64,000 bases of DNA from an uncultured Bacilli bacterium (GTDB taxonomy: Bacteria; Bacillota_I; Bacilli_A; RFN20; CAG-288). Below the pieces are notes generated by a model. It had not been told where the DNA came from. It saw only the letters and a program-made list of their open reading frames with translations, and searched no databases. A program made the translations under genes and the position numbers. Numbering within the stretch: position 1 is the stretch's first letter; each line of letters starts with the position of its first letter. The stretch covers positions 493,965 through 557,964 of the forward strand of contig CALVMW010000001.1 in the NCBI GenBank assembly GCA_944349335.1. Reading direction: 5' to 3'. Below are positions 19,039-29,091 of this stretch, piece after piece.

Positions 19039-20662
19039 TTACATCTTTATTTAATAGATATGAAAATGATTTCTTAACTAAGAAATACAATAAAATATCT
19101 ATTCCTAAGTAGAAAACTATATCAATAACTACTGCTAAATATAACATATTCGGTAAGAATAAAGAAAAAGTGATAATTGTAATTAAAGATAAAGCCGGGA
19201 AAAGATAATTTGCAATTATAACAATAGCATTTCCCCAACCTTTTTGTAGTATTTCAATTGGATTATTGTAATCAAAATGAGAGAAAAATATTGAGATTAA
19301 TAGATAAAGAAGATTGGAAGAAAAAGAATAAACAATTGAAAAAGGAATAGAAAGAATAATTGTATAAATATCAAAAGATAATAGGGGAAGAAACACAGAA
19401 AATAAAATGATATTTATAAGACCAGTATAAATAAAACCAAAAGCTATCTTAGAAAAAATATAACTTGAACTTTTAAAAGGCATAGTTTTAATCAAATAAA
19501 AACTTTTTCCTTCTAATGGTAAAGATATATAAGATAAATATGGTTGTAAAGAAGCGGTTAAGACTAAAGCAAAAACAACTATAAATAATATATTTTTAGG
19601 AAGAGCTAACTCTTGAGAAAATGCAAAAAACGAAAGTAAGCTGATTCCTGATATTAACATAATAATAGAGTATATTAAGGAGCTAATAAAAAGTTGAGAA
19701 TTTCTTGATAAAGAATAAAATTCTCTTCTTATAAAGAATAAGAAAGGATATTTCATAGCTAAAGAAAATACTTTATCTATATGGCTAGCCTTTTTCTTCT
19801 TATGATGTGAACTTGTAGAATATAAACTTGTAAGATAGAACTTATCAGCCAAAAGAAAAGTGATAATTCCTATGACAACTAAAACAATTAACCCATATCC
19901 AACAAATTGTAAATCTATAGGAGAATTAACAAGTATTACTTTACTAGGAATATAAGCAATCCAGTTTATAAAAGTTAAATTGCTATAAATTGTATGTATG
20001 CTATTTTCAATAGAAGTTATATCGTTACCTTCGATTGAAAAAAATATGCTAAAGATAAAACCTAAAACACCGATAAGAGCAAAGATTGTTGAATATAAAG
20101 ATAAAGCGACTTTGCTAGTTTTAAAATGAATAAAAATTGAAAAGAATAAAGCAACTATAAAACTAATAAATGAAAGTAAAAGAGTTTCGATAATCGAAGC
20201 TAGAATACCAATAATATAACAATAAAATGGTAAATTAAAAGAGATGCAGGTGATAATACTTAAAGCGAGTAAAGAAGTCCCTCCATAAATAAATGAATAA
20301 TAAATATTTATTAAATACTTCGCTAAAAATAGTTCTCGTCCTTTAATCGGTAAAGGTAAAAAAGCTTCATCACCTTTATAAAAATAAATAGAAGGAGAAA
20401 TAGCGATAGACATAAATAAGCCGAAGAAAATAATACAAGTAAAATAAATATCAACATATTCAAAAATAGATTGGTTAGAAATATTTAATTTGCCTAAATT
20501 ACTTGCGGACTCATAAAATAAAAATGCAAAATAAAAAACTAAAATGAGACCTGATATTAATTGAGGAATAAAAGGATTTCTCATTTTCTTTTGTCGTTTA
20601 GAAAAAGAGATAGAGAGAGAAGAATAATAAGTCGCTTTTAAAATAGAAAGAAATCTTTTCAT
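19031..20662 (-). CDS. ABC-2 type exporter permease
   Basis: Multi-TM; LPLPIK..LFLAK and LEGKSFYLIKTMP motifs; overlaps the ATPase gene. Confidence 0.85.
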   Translation of the reverse strand: MKRFLSILKATYYSSLSISFSKRQKKMRNPFIPQLISGLILVFYFAFLFYESASNLGKLNISNQSIFEYVDIYFTCIIFFGLFMSIAISPSIYFYKGDEAFLPLPIKGRELFLAKYLINIYYSFIYGGTSLLALSIITCISFNLPFYCYIIGILASIIETLLLSFISFIVALFFSIFIHFKTSKVALSLYSTIFALIGVLGFIFSIFFSIEGNDITSIENSIHTIYSNLTFINWIAYIPSKVILVNSPIDLQFVGYGLIVLVVIGIITFLLADKFYLTSLYSTSSHHKKKKASHIDKVFSLAMKYPFLFFIRREFYSLSRNSQLFISSLIYSIIMLISGISLLSFFAFSQELALPKNILFIVVFALVLTASLQPYLSYISLPLEGKSFYLIKTMPFKSSSYIFSKIAFGFIYTGLINIILFSVFLPLLSFDIYTIILSIPFSIVYSFSSNLLYLLISIFFSHFDYNNPIEILQKGWGNAIVIIANYLFPALSLITIITFSLFLPNMLYLAVVIDIVFYLGIDILLYFLVKKSFSYLLNKDVTI

Positions 20663-21378
20663 TCTTTTGTAAGCTCCAAAAACAAAGTTTCTAAAGAACT
20701 ATTTTCATTCTTTAACTGTCTCAATTCTTCTAAAGTACCTGTAAAGATAATTTTTCCTTTATTAATAATTGCTAATTTATCACAGATTTTCTCTGCAACA
20801 TCTAAAACATGTGTAGATAATAAGACAGTTTTTCCCTCTAAAGCATTTTCTCGCATTATTTCTTTTAAAGTATAAAAAGATTCAGGATCTAAACCGGTTA
20901 AAGGTTCATCTAAAATAAGATTATGAGGAGAATGTAATAACATACCGATAATCATTATCTTCTGTCTCATACCATGAGAATAATTTATTATATAATCACC
21001 TAAATTATCTTTAATATTGAATCTTTCAGCTAATTTTTCCGCTTTTTGAAGACCTTCATTTTTATCAATATTATAAATAGCTGCTATAAAAGCTAAATAA
21101 TCCTCCCCTTTCATTCCTAAAAACAAATCGGGTGAATCAGGAACATAACCAAAATTTTGTTTTGCTTTAAAAGGATCATCTTTTAAAGAGATATCATCGA
21201 TAAAAATATTCCCTTTATCAGGTCTCAAAATACTAGTTATCATCTTTAATGTAGTTGATTTACCGGCACCATTAGGACCTAATAAACCAAAAATCATACC
21301 ATCTTCAATAGTTAAAGATAAATTATCAACAGCGATAAGATCACCAAATTTTTTACTTATCTCTTCTAATCTAATCAT
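20659..21378 (-). CDS. ABC exporter ATP-binding protein
   Basis: GPNGAGKS, YSHGMRQK and DEPLTGLDP motifs. Confidence 0.95.
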   Translation of the reverse strand: MIRLEEISKKFGDLIAVDNLSLTIEDGMIFGLLGPNGAGKSTTLKMITSILRPDKGNIFIDDISLKDDPFKAKQNFGYVPDSPDLFLGMKGEDYLAFIAAIYNIDKNEGLQKAEKLAERFNIKDNLGDYIINYSHGMRQKIMIIGMLLHSPHNLILDEPLTGLDPESFYTLKEIMRENALEGKTVLLSTHVLDVAEKICDKLAIINKGKIIFTGTLEELRQLKNENSSLETLFLELTKE

Positions 21379-21982
21379 GTTTTATCCCCATCGAATCTTT
21401 TTCACTAATTTCTCTATAAACTTTACAAGGATTACCAAAAGCAAGAGAGAAAGGAGGAACATCTTTTGTCACAACCGAACCAGAACCTATAACTGATCCT
21501 CTATGAATAGTAACTCCACCATTTATAACAACATTTCCACCTATCCAGCAATCATCTTCAATAGTGATTGGTTTTCCATATTCTAAATTATGATATGAAC
21601 CATCTTCTTTCATAAATATATTTCTTTCTTCATAACGAAGAGGGTGAAGAGGAGTAAGAAGTGAAACATTAGGACCAATAAAAACATTATTACCAATCTT
21701 AACTGGCAAAACATCTAAAATAGTTAAGTTGAAATTAGCATAAAAATTATCACCGATAGTCGTATTAATGCCATAATCAACAAAGATCGGTCCCTGGAAG
21801 AAAACATTTTTACCGGCATTAGGGAAAAGGTCTTTAATTATCTTTTCTCTTTCATCAGTCATTGTCTCATCACTTTCACTATAATGCCTAGCTAAAAGAT
21901 GCGCTTTTCTTCTTAATCGAACTAATTCTTCATCACTTGAATCATAGAGATAGCCAGCTATCATTTTTTCTCTTTCAGTCAT
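21371..21982 (-). CDS. maa: maltose/galactoside O-acetyltransferase (hexapeptide repeat)
   Basis: EREKMIAG, DYGINTTIG, WIGGNVVI and GSVVTKD motifs. Confidence 0.88.
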   Translation of the reverse strand: MTEREKMIAGYLYDSSDEELVRLRRKAHLLARHYSESDETMTDEREKIIKDLFPNAGKNVFFQGPIFVDYGINTTIGDNFYANFNLTILDVLPVKIGNNVFIGPNVSLLTPLHPLRYEERNIFMKEDGSYHNLEYGKPITIEDDCWIGGNVVINGGVTIHRGSVIGSGSVVTKDVPPFSLAFGNPCKVYREISEKDSMGIKHD

Positions 21983-22099
21983 AATTTCACCCTCTAAAAT
22001 TATATATTATGTGTGAATAAAAGAAAAAGGGAGGAAAAGCAATAATTATTCTTGATTATTATTTAACAATCTAATAAAATACTTTGTGCGTCTATTAAT

Positions 22100-22176
22100 G
22101 GCTGTGTAGCTCAGTTGGTTAGAGCGTCCGGCTCATACCCGGTATGTCAAGAGTTCGAATCTCCTCACAGCCACCA
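22100..22176 (+). tRNA. tRNA-Met(CAU), elongator
   Basis: G1-C72 pair; loop CTCATAC; encoded CCA. Confidence 0.9.
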
Positions 22177-22183
22177 TCGTTAT

Positions 22184-22260
22184 GGATCAATAGCTCAATT
22201 GGTTAGAGTCCACGGCCCATAACCGTGTTGTTACAGGTTCAAGTCCTGTTTGATCCACCA
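22184..22260 (+). tRNA. tRNA-Ile2(CAU, lysidine-type) with C33
   Basis: GGA-start acceptor and ACGG-[loop]-CCGT arm as in Bacillus tRNA-Ile2; loop is CCCATAA. Confidence 0.8.
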
Positions 22261-22308
22261 GTATTAAAAACAAAAGCAAAAGATAGAGTAGATAAGCATT
22301 AAATATAT

Positions 22309-22335
22309 TGCCATCCAAAGCGGATGGCATTTTTT
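22309..22335 (+). terminator. terminator after the tRNA pair
   Basis: TGCCATCC-AAAGC-GGATGGCA followed by a T-run. Confidence 0.85.
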
Positions 22336-22433
22336 AATTGCAAAGAATAATTAACAAACGATACATTGTAAAATTTAATAAAAAAAGATACAATATGTAC
22401 TAACAACACAGCTACCTACGACTTGGAGGGTAT

Positions 22434-23531
22434 ATGAATAATATTTCTATCATCGCTTCTGTTGTAGCTTGTATACTTCTTACCATCTTTTTTATTGCTG
22501 TTTTAAGCATAGTTTATAAAAATAAAAAGAGTCTTATTTTAGCGCAAAAATTAGATGGTGACATCAAAGAAAACATCGCATACGAATACAGCAAGTATAA
22601 TGAAAAAACTGCAAAATATTCCTCTTTTGAAGAATATATTAACAAAAAAGCTTCTTGTAAATCTGTCCGCACAATTATAACTGATGCGATTTTAATACTT
22701 ATTGAAATAGTTGCCCTAGCCATTTTAGTTTTAGCTATTAGTTATAGAGCGATGAATGAACAAATATTTATCAATGATACCTGCTTTTTAGTAGTTGAAA
22801 CTGGTTCCATGGAAGAAAAGAATACAAGTAACCAATATTTGATAGAAAATAATTTAAATGATCAAATTCCTACTAATTCTTTCGTCTCTATAACAAATTT
22901 AAAAGATAATGAAGAGCCTGAATTATATAAGATTTATGCTTTCTATTCTGCTGAAGATGAAGTATTAATTCATAGGCTTATCGGAATCAACGAAGATGGT
23001 AATTATATCTTTAGAGGAGATAGTAACTCTCTTTCTTTAAAAGCGGAAATAGACGTTCCTCTAGGTGATATCATCGGTGTTTATAATAATGATGCTAATC
23101 AAGCTTTAGGTACTACTATTGTTTTCTTCAAATCTCCTATGGGATTAGTTGTACTCTTCTTAATTGCTGTTTTATTAATTTCTAATAATGTTTATTCTTG
23201 TAAGCTCAATAAACTTATTCAAGAACGCTACAATGCTCTTTATCCTCACGCTAGCGATATTTATTTACAATATCTTGCTATCGATGAAGAAAGAGAAAAA
23301 TCTGCTCATATTCTTAATGATATAAGAGAGTTTGAAAGTGGTGATATATGCTTAGTTTTAAGTAGTAAAAATAATCTTCAAACTGGAGATAAAGTAAAAA
23401 TAATTCAAATTATTGATGAAAAGTATGTTCTTTGTTCCTTAATAAACAATCAAGATTATGAGGCCTCTGCTATCAAGGTAGCTAAAAACAATCTCGTTAA
23501 AACATCTGGTAATACCACTGTAAATAAGTGA
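22434..23531 (+). CDS. SipW/ER-type (S26B) signal peptidase I with N- and C-terminal extensions
   Basis: VVETGSME (Ser), LIHRLI (His) and FRGDSN motifs. Confidence 0.8.
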   Translation: MNNISIIASVVACILLTIFFIAVLSIVYKNKKSLILAQKLDGDIKENIAYEYSKYNEKTAKYSSFEEYINKKASCKSVRTIITDAILILIEIVALAILVLAISYRAMNEQIFINDTCFLVVETGSMEEKNTSNQYLIENNLNDQIPTNSFVSITNLKDNEEPELYKIYAFYSAEDEVLIHRLIGINEDGNYIFRGDSNSLSLKAEIDVPLGDIIGVYNNDANQALGTTIVFFKSPMGLVVLFLIAVLLISNNVYSCKLNKLIQERYNALYPHASDIYLQYLAIDEEREKSAHILNDIREFESGDICLVLSSKNNLQTGDKVKIIQIIDEKYVLCSLINNQDYEASAIKVAKNNLVKTSGNTTVNK

Positions 23532-23569
23532 TTACATATTTTTTTGCAAATTATTGAAAGGAGATTAAA

Positions 23570-25684
23570 ATGCAAAAGAAAAAAGTTGGCGGATCTCTCT
23601 TACTTACTTCTTTAGCAGCATTAACAGTTGTCGGTGTCGGCCTTGCAGCTTTTACTGCCACTACTGGTACAGCAGATTTTGCTATTGAGTTCATCGATGA
23701 TTCTTCCACGGGAACTATAGTAGTAGATAGTAGTTCAGCTGACACAACCTTACAGGTTATTGAAGAAACAAGAATCGCTCAATTCTCCAATAACATTCAA
23801 TTCAATTACACTGCCCCTGAAGAATTCGTTTTAACTGAAGATATTCAATTAAAATGGACTGTCACTCTCCCCTCTGACTTCGATACTTATTTTGATGTCA
23901 CAACAACCACTGGTGTCTTAGATCAAGATGTTGGTGCTTTCAATTCTGAAACAAATTCCACACATTATACATTACCTTATAACGCTTTAGGTGCTTCATT
24001 AAAAGAAGAGGCTGATTATGATGCAGCTAAAACAGCCTTCAATGGTGAAAAAGTCACTATTACTGTTGAAACAGTTGAACCTACATCAACTGATGTACCT
24101 GTTTCCTCAATCGAAATCAATAGTGAAAACCTCACCTTAAAAGTCGGTGATACAACTACATTGACAGCCACTGTCAATCCTGATAATGCAACTGATAAAA
24201 CTATCACCTGGTCTAGCTCTACACCTGCTGTCGCTACAATCAGTGATGCTGGTGTCATCAATGCTTTAGATGTCGGTCAAACAACCATCACTGCTAAAGC
24301 TGGTGAACAAACAGATTCTATCACCTTAACAGTTGAAGAAAAATCTTCTCAAACTGAGACAATAGTCGAAACTGGTAAATTAGGTCTCTGGCAGACTGGT
24401 TTAAATAAAGCTCTCTACTTTACTGGAGCAATGGATGGTTATTACTTCGGTACTACAGAAACTTATAATGATGGTGTAACTATCGATGTTATTGAAGCTG
24501 CTGAAGGCGTCTATTTAAAAATCCAAGATGGACAATATATCGCTGCTCGCTTAAATGAAGGTCATAATAATATCATCATGCAAGATGATCCATATGCATG
24601 GAGCTATAATGATGAATATGATGCCTACTACACTAATTTAGGTGCAAATGATCTTTGGATCGGTAATTCTAAAAGTTATGATACTCTTTCTTTAAATGAT
24701 TGGGATTACATCGCTAATGCTGGTAACAACGTCGCTCACGTCGTTCAAGCTGAAATTGAAGCTCCGGAAATTGATGTACCTGTCGATGTTGATACAGGCG
24801 TTGATTTAGCCGAAGGTACATTCAAACTTGGCTTCTATCAAAAAACTTTAAAAGAATACTATTACTTTACTGGTGAAGCAGCCAATACTTATTATGGTGG
24901 ATCAACAACTAATATTGCAGAAGCTGCTGATATCACAGTCGATGTTCTTGATGATGCTGCTAATACATTCACCATGCAATTAGATAATGGAAAATATCTC
25001 GGTGCCACAGTCAGTGGAACTTTTACTAACTTTGTTTTCAATTTAGATGATCCTTTCACTTGGACTTATGATGATGAAACTCATATGATCAGTGCTACTG
25101 TCGATACAACAGAACTTTATATTGGCACTTATGGTTCATTTAATACCTTCTCTGTTTCTACAATGGACCACCTTGAAAACTCTGATACTTGCCTCGCTCA
25201 CTTATATGCTTCTTCAACTGATCCTGATCCTGAACCAGAGCCTAGCGATGCATTAGCAAGCTATAATATTACTGCACCCGGTAGCAGCAATACTGAAATA
25301 GATGGCTCAGCTTTATTATCTATATTAACTAGTGCCTGCTCTAGTGGAACTAATATTATTACCGAAATCACAGCGACATCTAAAGTATATGAAGGCTATT
25401 CTAATTATCTGAATTTAGGTCTTAAATTTGGAACTAGTAGTAAAGCTGGAACCTTCACTGCAAGTTTAAATACTAATGTTTCGAAAGTTGTTGTTAAAGC
25501 AGCTGGTTGGAAAACAAGTGACACCTTATCCGTTAATGATGTTGCTCAACCTACTCCCTTTACAGTTACTTATGAAGATGCAGATCCGCTTCTTGAATTA
25601 ACTTACACATTCACTGCTACAAATACTGTCACTTTCGATTTTGCTAATCGCGGCTTCATTCAAAGCATTGAATTCTACGCTTAA
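23570..25684 (+). CDS. secreted surface protein with SipW-cognate-type signal peptide, Big_2 Ig domain and two repeated domains
   Basis: MQKKK...VGVGLAAF signal; VPVSSIEI...LKVGDTTTLTATVNPDNATDKTITWSSS (Big_2). Confidence 0.8.
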   Translation: MQKKKVGGSLLLTSLAALTVVGVGLAAFTATTGTADFAIEFIDDSSTGTIVVDSSSADTTLQVIEETRIAQFSNNIQFNYTAPEEFVLTEDIQLKWTVTLPSDFDTYFDVTTTTGVLDQDVGAFNSETNSTHYTLPYNALGASLKEEADYDAAKTAFNGEKVTITVETVEPTSTDVPVSSIEINSENLTLKVGDTTTLTATVNPDNATDKTITWSSSTPAVATISDAGVINALDVGQTTITAKAGEQTDSITLTVEEKSSQTETIVETGKLGLWQTGLNKALYFTGAMDGYYFGTTETYNDGVTIDVIEAAEGVYLKIQDGQYIAARLNEGHNNIIMQDDPYAWSYNDEYDAYYTNLGANDLWIGNSKSYDTLSLNDWDYIANAGNNVAHVVQAEIEAPEIDVPVDVDTGVDLAEGTFKLGFYQKTLKEYYYFTGEAANTYYGGSTTNIAEAADITVDVLDDAANTFTMQLDNGKYLGATVSGTFTNFVFNLDDPFTWTYDDETHMISATVDTTELYIGTYGSFNTFSVSTMDHLENSDTCLAHLYASSTDPDPEPEPSDALASYNITAPGSSNTEIDGSALLSILTSACSSGTNIITEITATSKVYEGYSNYLNLGLKFGTSSKAGTFTASLNTNVSKVVVKAAGWKTSDTLSVNDVAQPTPFTVTYEDADPLLELTYTFTATNTVTFDFANRGFIQSIEFYA

Positions 25685-25699
25685 TTAAACTTAATAAAT

Positions 25700-25732
25700 A
25701 AAAAGGGTTAGGAGAAATCCTAACCCTTTTTT
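25700..25732. terminator. bidirectional intrinsic terminator
   Basis: AAAAAGGGTTAGGA-GAAA-TCCTAACCCTTTTTT between convergent genes. Confidence 0.9.
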
Positions 25733-25759
25733 AATTTATAAATAGAAAAAACAACTTCT

Positions 25760-26551
25760 TTAACGATATTGAACTTTTTTAGCTTTCTTCAATGAATAAT
25801 TATTTACTTTTTGAATACAATTTAAATCATTTTTCTTCAGCTCATCTAAAGCATCAGAAATACGGTTCTCAACTAAATCAGCAAGATTTTGAGGTGATAA
25901 ATTTTCATATTCAGAAGGATAAATGGGCTTCAAATAATGAACTTGAACAGGATATTTTTTATAGTGATATCTCTGATTTAAAATACGATCAGTAAAGTAA
26001 ATAGCCATTGGAACAATAGGAAGAGAAGCTTTAGTAGCGATCTTAAATGAGCCTGGATGAAAAGGAAGAAGATTAAAATTATTCTTTTTAGAACGCGTTC
26101 CTTCTGGGAAGATACAATAATTTAAATCAGGATACTTTTTAAGAAGTTTATTTACATTAATAAATACTTTAATTTCACTTCTTAAATCTTTTCTGTCGAT
26201 ATAAGAGGAATCTAACACAGTTGCAATCTTAGCGACAAAAGGCATTTTCAAAGTCTCTTTTTTAGCAAGAAAACCAAAATTAGGAGATACAGTAAAAAGA
26301 GGGATAAGCGGATCTAAAACTGAGACATGATTTCCAAAATAAATAGCTTGCTTAGGAAGCTCAGCATCCTTGCTTACAATATATTCGATATGAAAAGCCT
26401 TTTTATTCACATCTTGTAATAAGTTAAAAGCATAATTATGCCTCTCTTCAAATGAATACTTATCAAGATTCTTCGCCATCTTTTGAATCTTTCTAAACTT
26501 GATAAGAAGAGAGGGGCCTGCCATAAGACCCATTCTTAAATATTTAATCAT
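25760..26551 (-). CDS. plsC: 1-acyl-sn-glycerol-3-phosphate acyltransferase
   Basis: NHVSVLD (HX4D), IDR and FPEGTRS motifs. Confidence 0.9.
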   Translation of the reverse strand: MIKYLRMGLMAGPSLLIKFRKIQKMAKNLDKYSFEERHNYAFNLLQDVNKKAFHIEYIVSKDAELPKQAIYFGNHVSVLDPLIPLFTVSPNFGFLAKKETLKMPFVAKIATVLDSSYIDRKDLRSEIKVFINVNKLLKKYPDLNYCIFPEGTRSKKNNFNLLPFHPGSFKIATKASLPIVPMAIYFTDRILNQRYHYKKYPVQVHYLKPIYPSEYENLSPQNLADLVENRISDALDELKKNDLNCIQKVNNYSLKKAKKVQYR

Positions 26552-28694
26552 CTTCGCTCTCTTTTTCTTCCTTGCTTACTAAGAAAACATTGATAGATAA
26601 AGCATTGATAATAGCTAAATGAACATATACTTCATGTGAAGTAACTATACCGGTATCATTAAAGATTAATGAAGCATAATCTTTAAATTCATAAGTGAAA
26701 GTGTTTTTAGATGGATTTAGGATAATATAAACATAACAATTCTTTAAATCGTAGTTAATTTTAATAGCGCCGCAAGGAAGGTTATCAAATGAAATATTTA
26801 CGTTTGTAGGATCGACACCTTCCATCTCAATAAAGCGTTTCTTTAAAGTGATCGCATCTTTAAAGAAAACATACATATCTTCGCGCTCATCTAAAACACT
26901 ATAATCAAAACCATTTATATCATCACCAGAGTTATAAGAATTACCATTACCTTTTTTAGAAAGACCAATCTCTTGTCCAGCATGAAAGAAAGGTATACCA
27001 CAAGCGATTAAAGTCGAGAAGTTTATCATCTTAATTCTTTTAAGAATATCTTCTACACTTTCATCATAGCAACAGCATTTAAGCTTATCAAATAGCACAT
27101 GATTATCATGGCATTCAACATAATTAAGAGATTGTTTAATGGAAGTAAACATCGGAGCAAAAGCCAAAGCGACAGAAGAACCGAGCATAACATGTTTAAA
27201 ACCATCAAGGTAGTTAGGATCACCAGAAAGATAACCTTTAACAGCTAAAGTTGTTGTCTTACCCTTAACTATGTCGCGGAAACGATCATTAAAGAAGGCA
27301 ACATTAGGAAGCTTATTATAGTTATAATGATTAGCCTTTAAATCAGCGGGGAGATTAGTTGGAAGATCCCAACCTTCTCCATAAAACATAATATTATTCT
27401 TCTTTTCAATACAGGCCTGATATCCTCTATTAACAGTTTCAACATCTAAAATACCCATCAAATCAAAACGGAAACCATCGACATCAAAGAAATCGATACA
27501 ATGTAAAAGAGAATCGATAATCATCTTTCTACACATATAATTTCTTGTTTCTAAATCGTTACCACAGCCAGATCCATTAGAGAAAGAGCCGTCGTGATTT
27601 AAACGAACATAATAATTAGGAACCAAGATATTAAAAGAATTATAGGAAGTATCAAAAACATGATTATAAACGACGTCCAATGTTACTCTTAATCCCTTCT
27701 TATGTAACATACCTACTAAATTACGTAGTTCGATAATTCTGCTATAAGCACTATCGGGATAAGAAGCATAAGAACCTTCAGGAGCAAAGAAGAAAGAAGG
27801 ATCATAACCCCAGTTATAAGATTGACGAGGATTATCATCATCTATCGTTTGGAAATCTAACACTGGTTGAAGTTGAATATGCGTAACACCTAATGAACCT
27901 AAGTAGTCTAAACCCATAGGATTGTTATTCTTTGTAAGATATCCTTCTTTAGCCAAAGCATTATAAGTCCCTTTATCAGGAAGATTAGTCTTACTTGTCA
28001 TATCCCTAACATCGCACTCATAAATGATAGCCTTCAAAACATCATCAAAAGGAGGTAAACAATCATCGTGAGTATCTACAGCATAAATTTTCTGAGGGTC
28101 TATAACATAAGAATAACGAGAATTTGAACCTAAAGCATAAGAATATGGATCTGGTACATCATAAGTTTCATCAAAAATAGTAGCAGAATAAAGGTATTTA
28201 GCCTCATCTAAATCACCATCAATCGTTATTTCAAAAATACCGACATCTAAATTATGATCCATGACAAAAGCTTCAATCTTATCATGGTCTTTTCTTTTAA
28301 GTTTGAGGATTACTGAAGTAGAAAATGGAGAGAAGACACGGAAAGTTGTTTTTTCTTTAGAATAAATAGCACCTAACTTACCATCGTAACGATATTTCTT
28401 TTCAAATTCTTCAGTTTTAGCTAAGAAAGAAATATCGACAGGAACAAAAAAGTTATTAAAAAGTTTTATCTCGTATTTATAACCTGGTTTGAAAGTAAAA
28501 TTTTGATAAAGTAAAGTAAAAATATAACTCGAATTAGATTCTGAAATAGAAACAGGAGAGATAACCATCACAGCTTTTCCATCTTGATATAAAGAAAAAT
28601 ACTTTTGAGAATTAGCTCCATAATATTCTTTACTTATTGCAACTTCGATAACATTTCCACTTTTAGCAACCGCTTGAAATAATGATTTTTTCAT
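26544..28694 (-). CDS. pulA: type I pullulanase (GH13)
   Basis: YNWGYDP, DVVYNH, DGFRFDLMG, YGEGW and NYVECHD motifs. Confidence 0.93.
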   Translation of the reverse strand: MKKSLFQAVAKSGNVIEVAISKEYYGANSQKYFSLYQDGKAVMVISPVSISESNSSYIFTLLYQNFTFKPGYKYEIKLFNNFFVPVDISFLAKTEEFEKKYRYDGKLGAIYSKEKTTFRVFSPFSTSVILKLKRKDHDKIEAFVMDHNLDVGIFEITIDGDLDEAKYLYSATIFDETYDVPDPYSYALGSNSRYSYVIDPQKIYAVDTHDDCLPPFDDVLKAIIYECDVRDMTSKTNLPDKGTYNALAKEGYLTKNNNPMGLDYLGSLGVTHIQLQPVLDFQTIDDDNPRQSYNWGYDPSFFFAPEGSYASYPDSAYSRIIELRNLVGMLHKKGLRVTLDVVYNHVFDTSYNSFNILVPNYYVRLNHDGSFSNGSGCGNDLETRNYMCRKMIIDSLLHCIDFFDVDGFRFDLMGILDVETVNRGYQACIEKKNNIMFYGEGWDLPTNLPADLKANHYNYNKLPNVAFFNDRFRDIVKGKTTTLAVKGYLSGDPNYLDGFKHVMLGSSVALAFAPMFTSIKQSLNYVECHDNHVLFDKLKCCCYDESVEDILKRIKMINFSTLIACGIPFFHAGQEIGLSKKGNGNSYNSGDDINGFDYSVLDEREDMYVFFKDAITLKKRFIEMEGVDPTNVNISFDNLPCGAIKINYDLKNCYVYIILNPSKNTFTYEFKDYASLIFNDTGIVTSHEVYVHLAIINALSINVFLVSKEEKESEDD

Positions 28695-28761
28695 ATTGAT
28701 CCTTTATTAACTACTACTATCTTCTTTATTATAACAATAATTCTCCATTACTCATATTATA

Positions 28762-29091
28762 TTAAATACTTTCATCATCAATAATAATAACAGCAAAGAC
28801 AAAAATATCATGAGAAATCGATATTAAACATGAGACTTTGTTTCCATCCTTATATAAGAAAGGCTTCCCATTTTCGTCATCTAAAATAGATAATGAACGA
28901 TAATCAATAGCCTTATCACCAGTAGCTTTAACATAGCATTCTTTACATGCAAAGCGAGAAGCTAAAAAAGTAGCGCTTTTCTTCTTTTGATAATAAATAT
29001 CTAGCTCTAAAGGAGAAAGAACTCTTTTAGCTAGTTCTTCTTTATTTTCAAAACGCTCTATTAAAGTTACGTCAACACCTAAACCTTTCAT
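28762..29091 (-). CDS. acpS: holo-ACP synthase
   Basis: GLGVD, RFACKECYVKA, GKP and SISHD motifs. Confidence 0.9.
   Translation of the reverse strand: MKGLGVDVTLIERFENKEELAKRVLSPLELDIYYQKKKSATFLASRFACKECYVKATGDKAIDYRSLSILDDENGKPFLYKDGNKVSCLISISHDIFVFAVIIIDDESI

Noticed and set aside
21990-22018. dif-like site (TATATA-TTATGT)
   Set aside because: The arms match poorly, and the sequence is explained by the maa -10 box and RBS.
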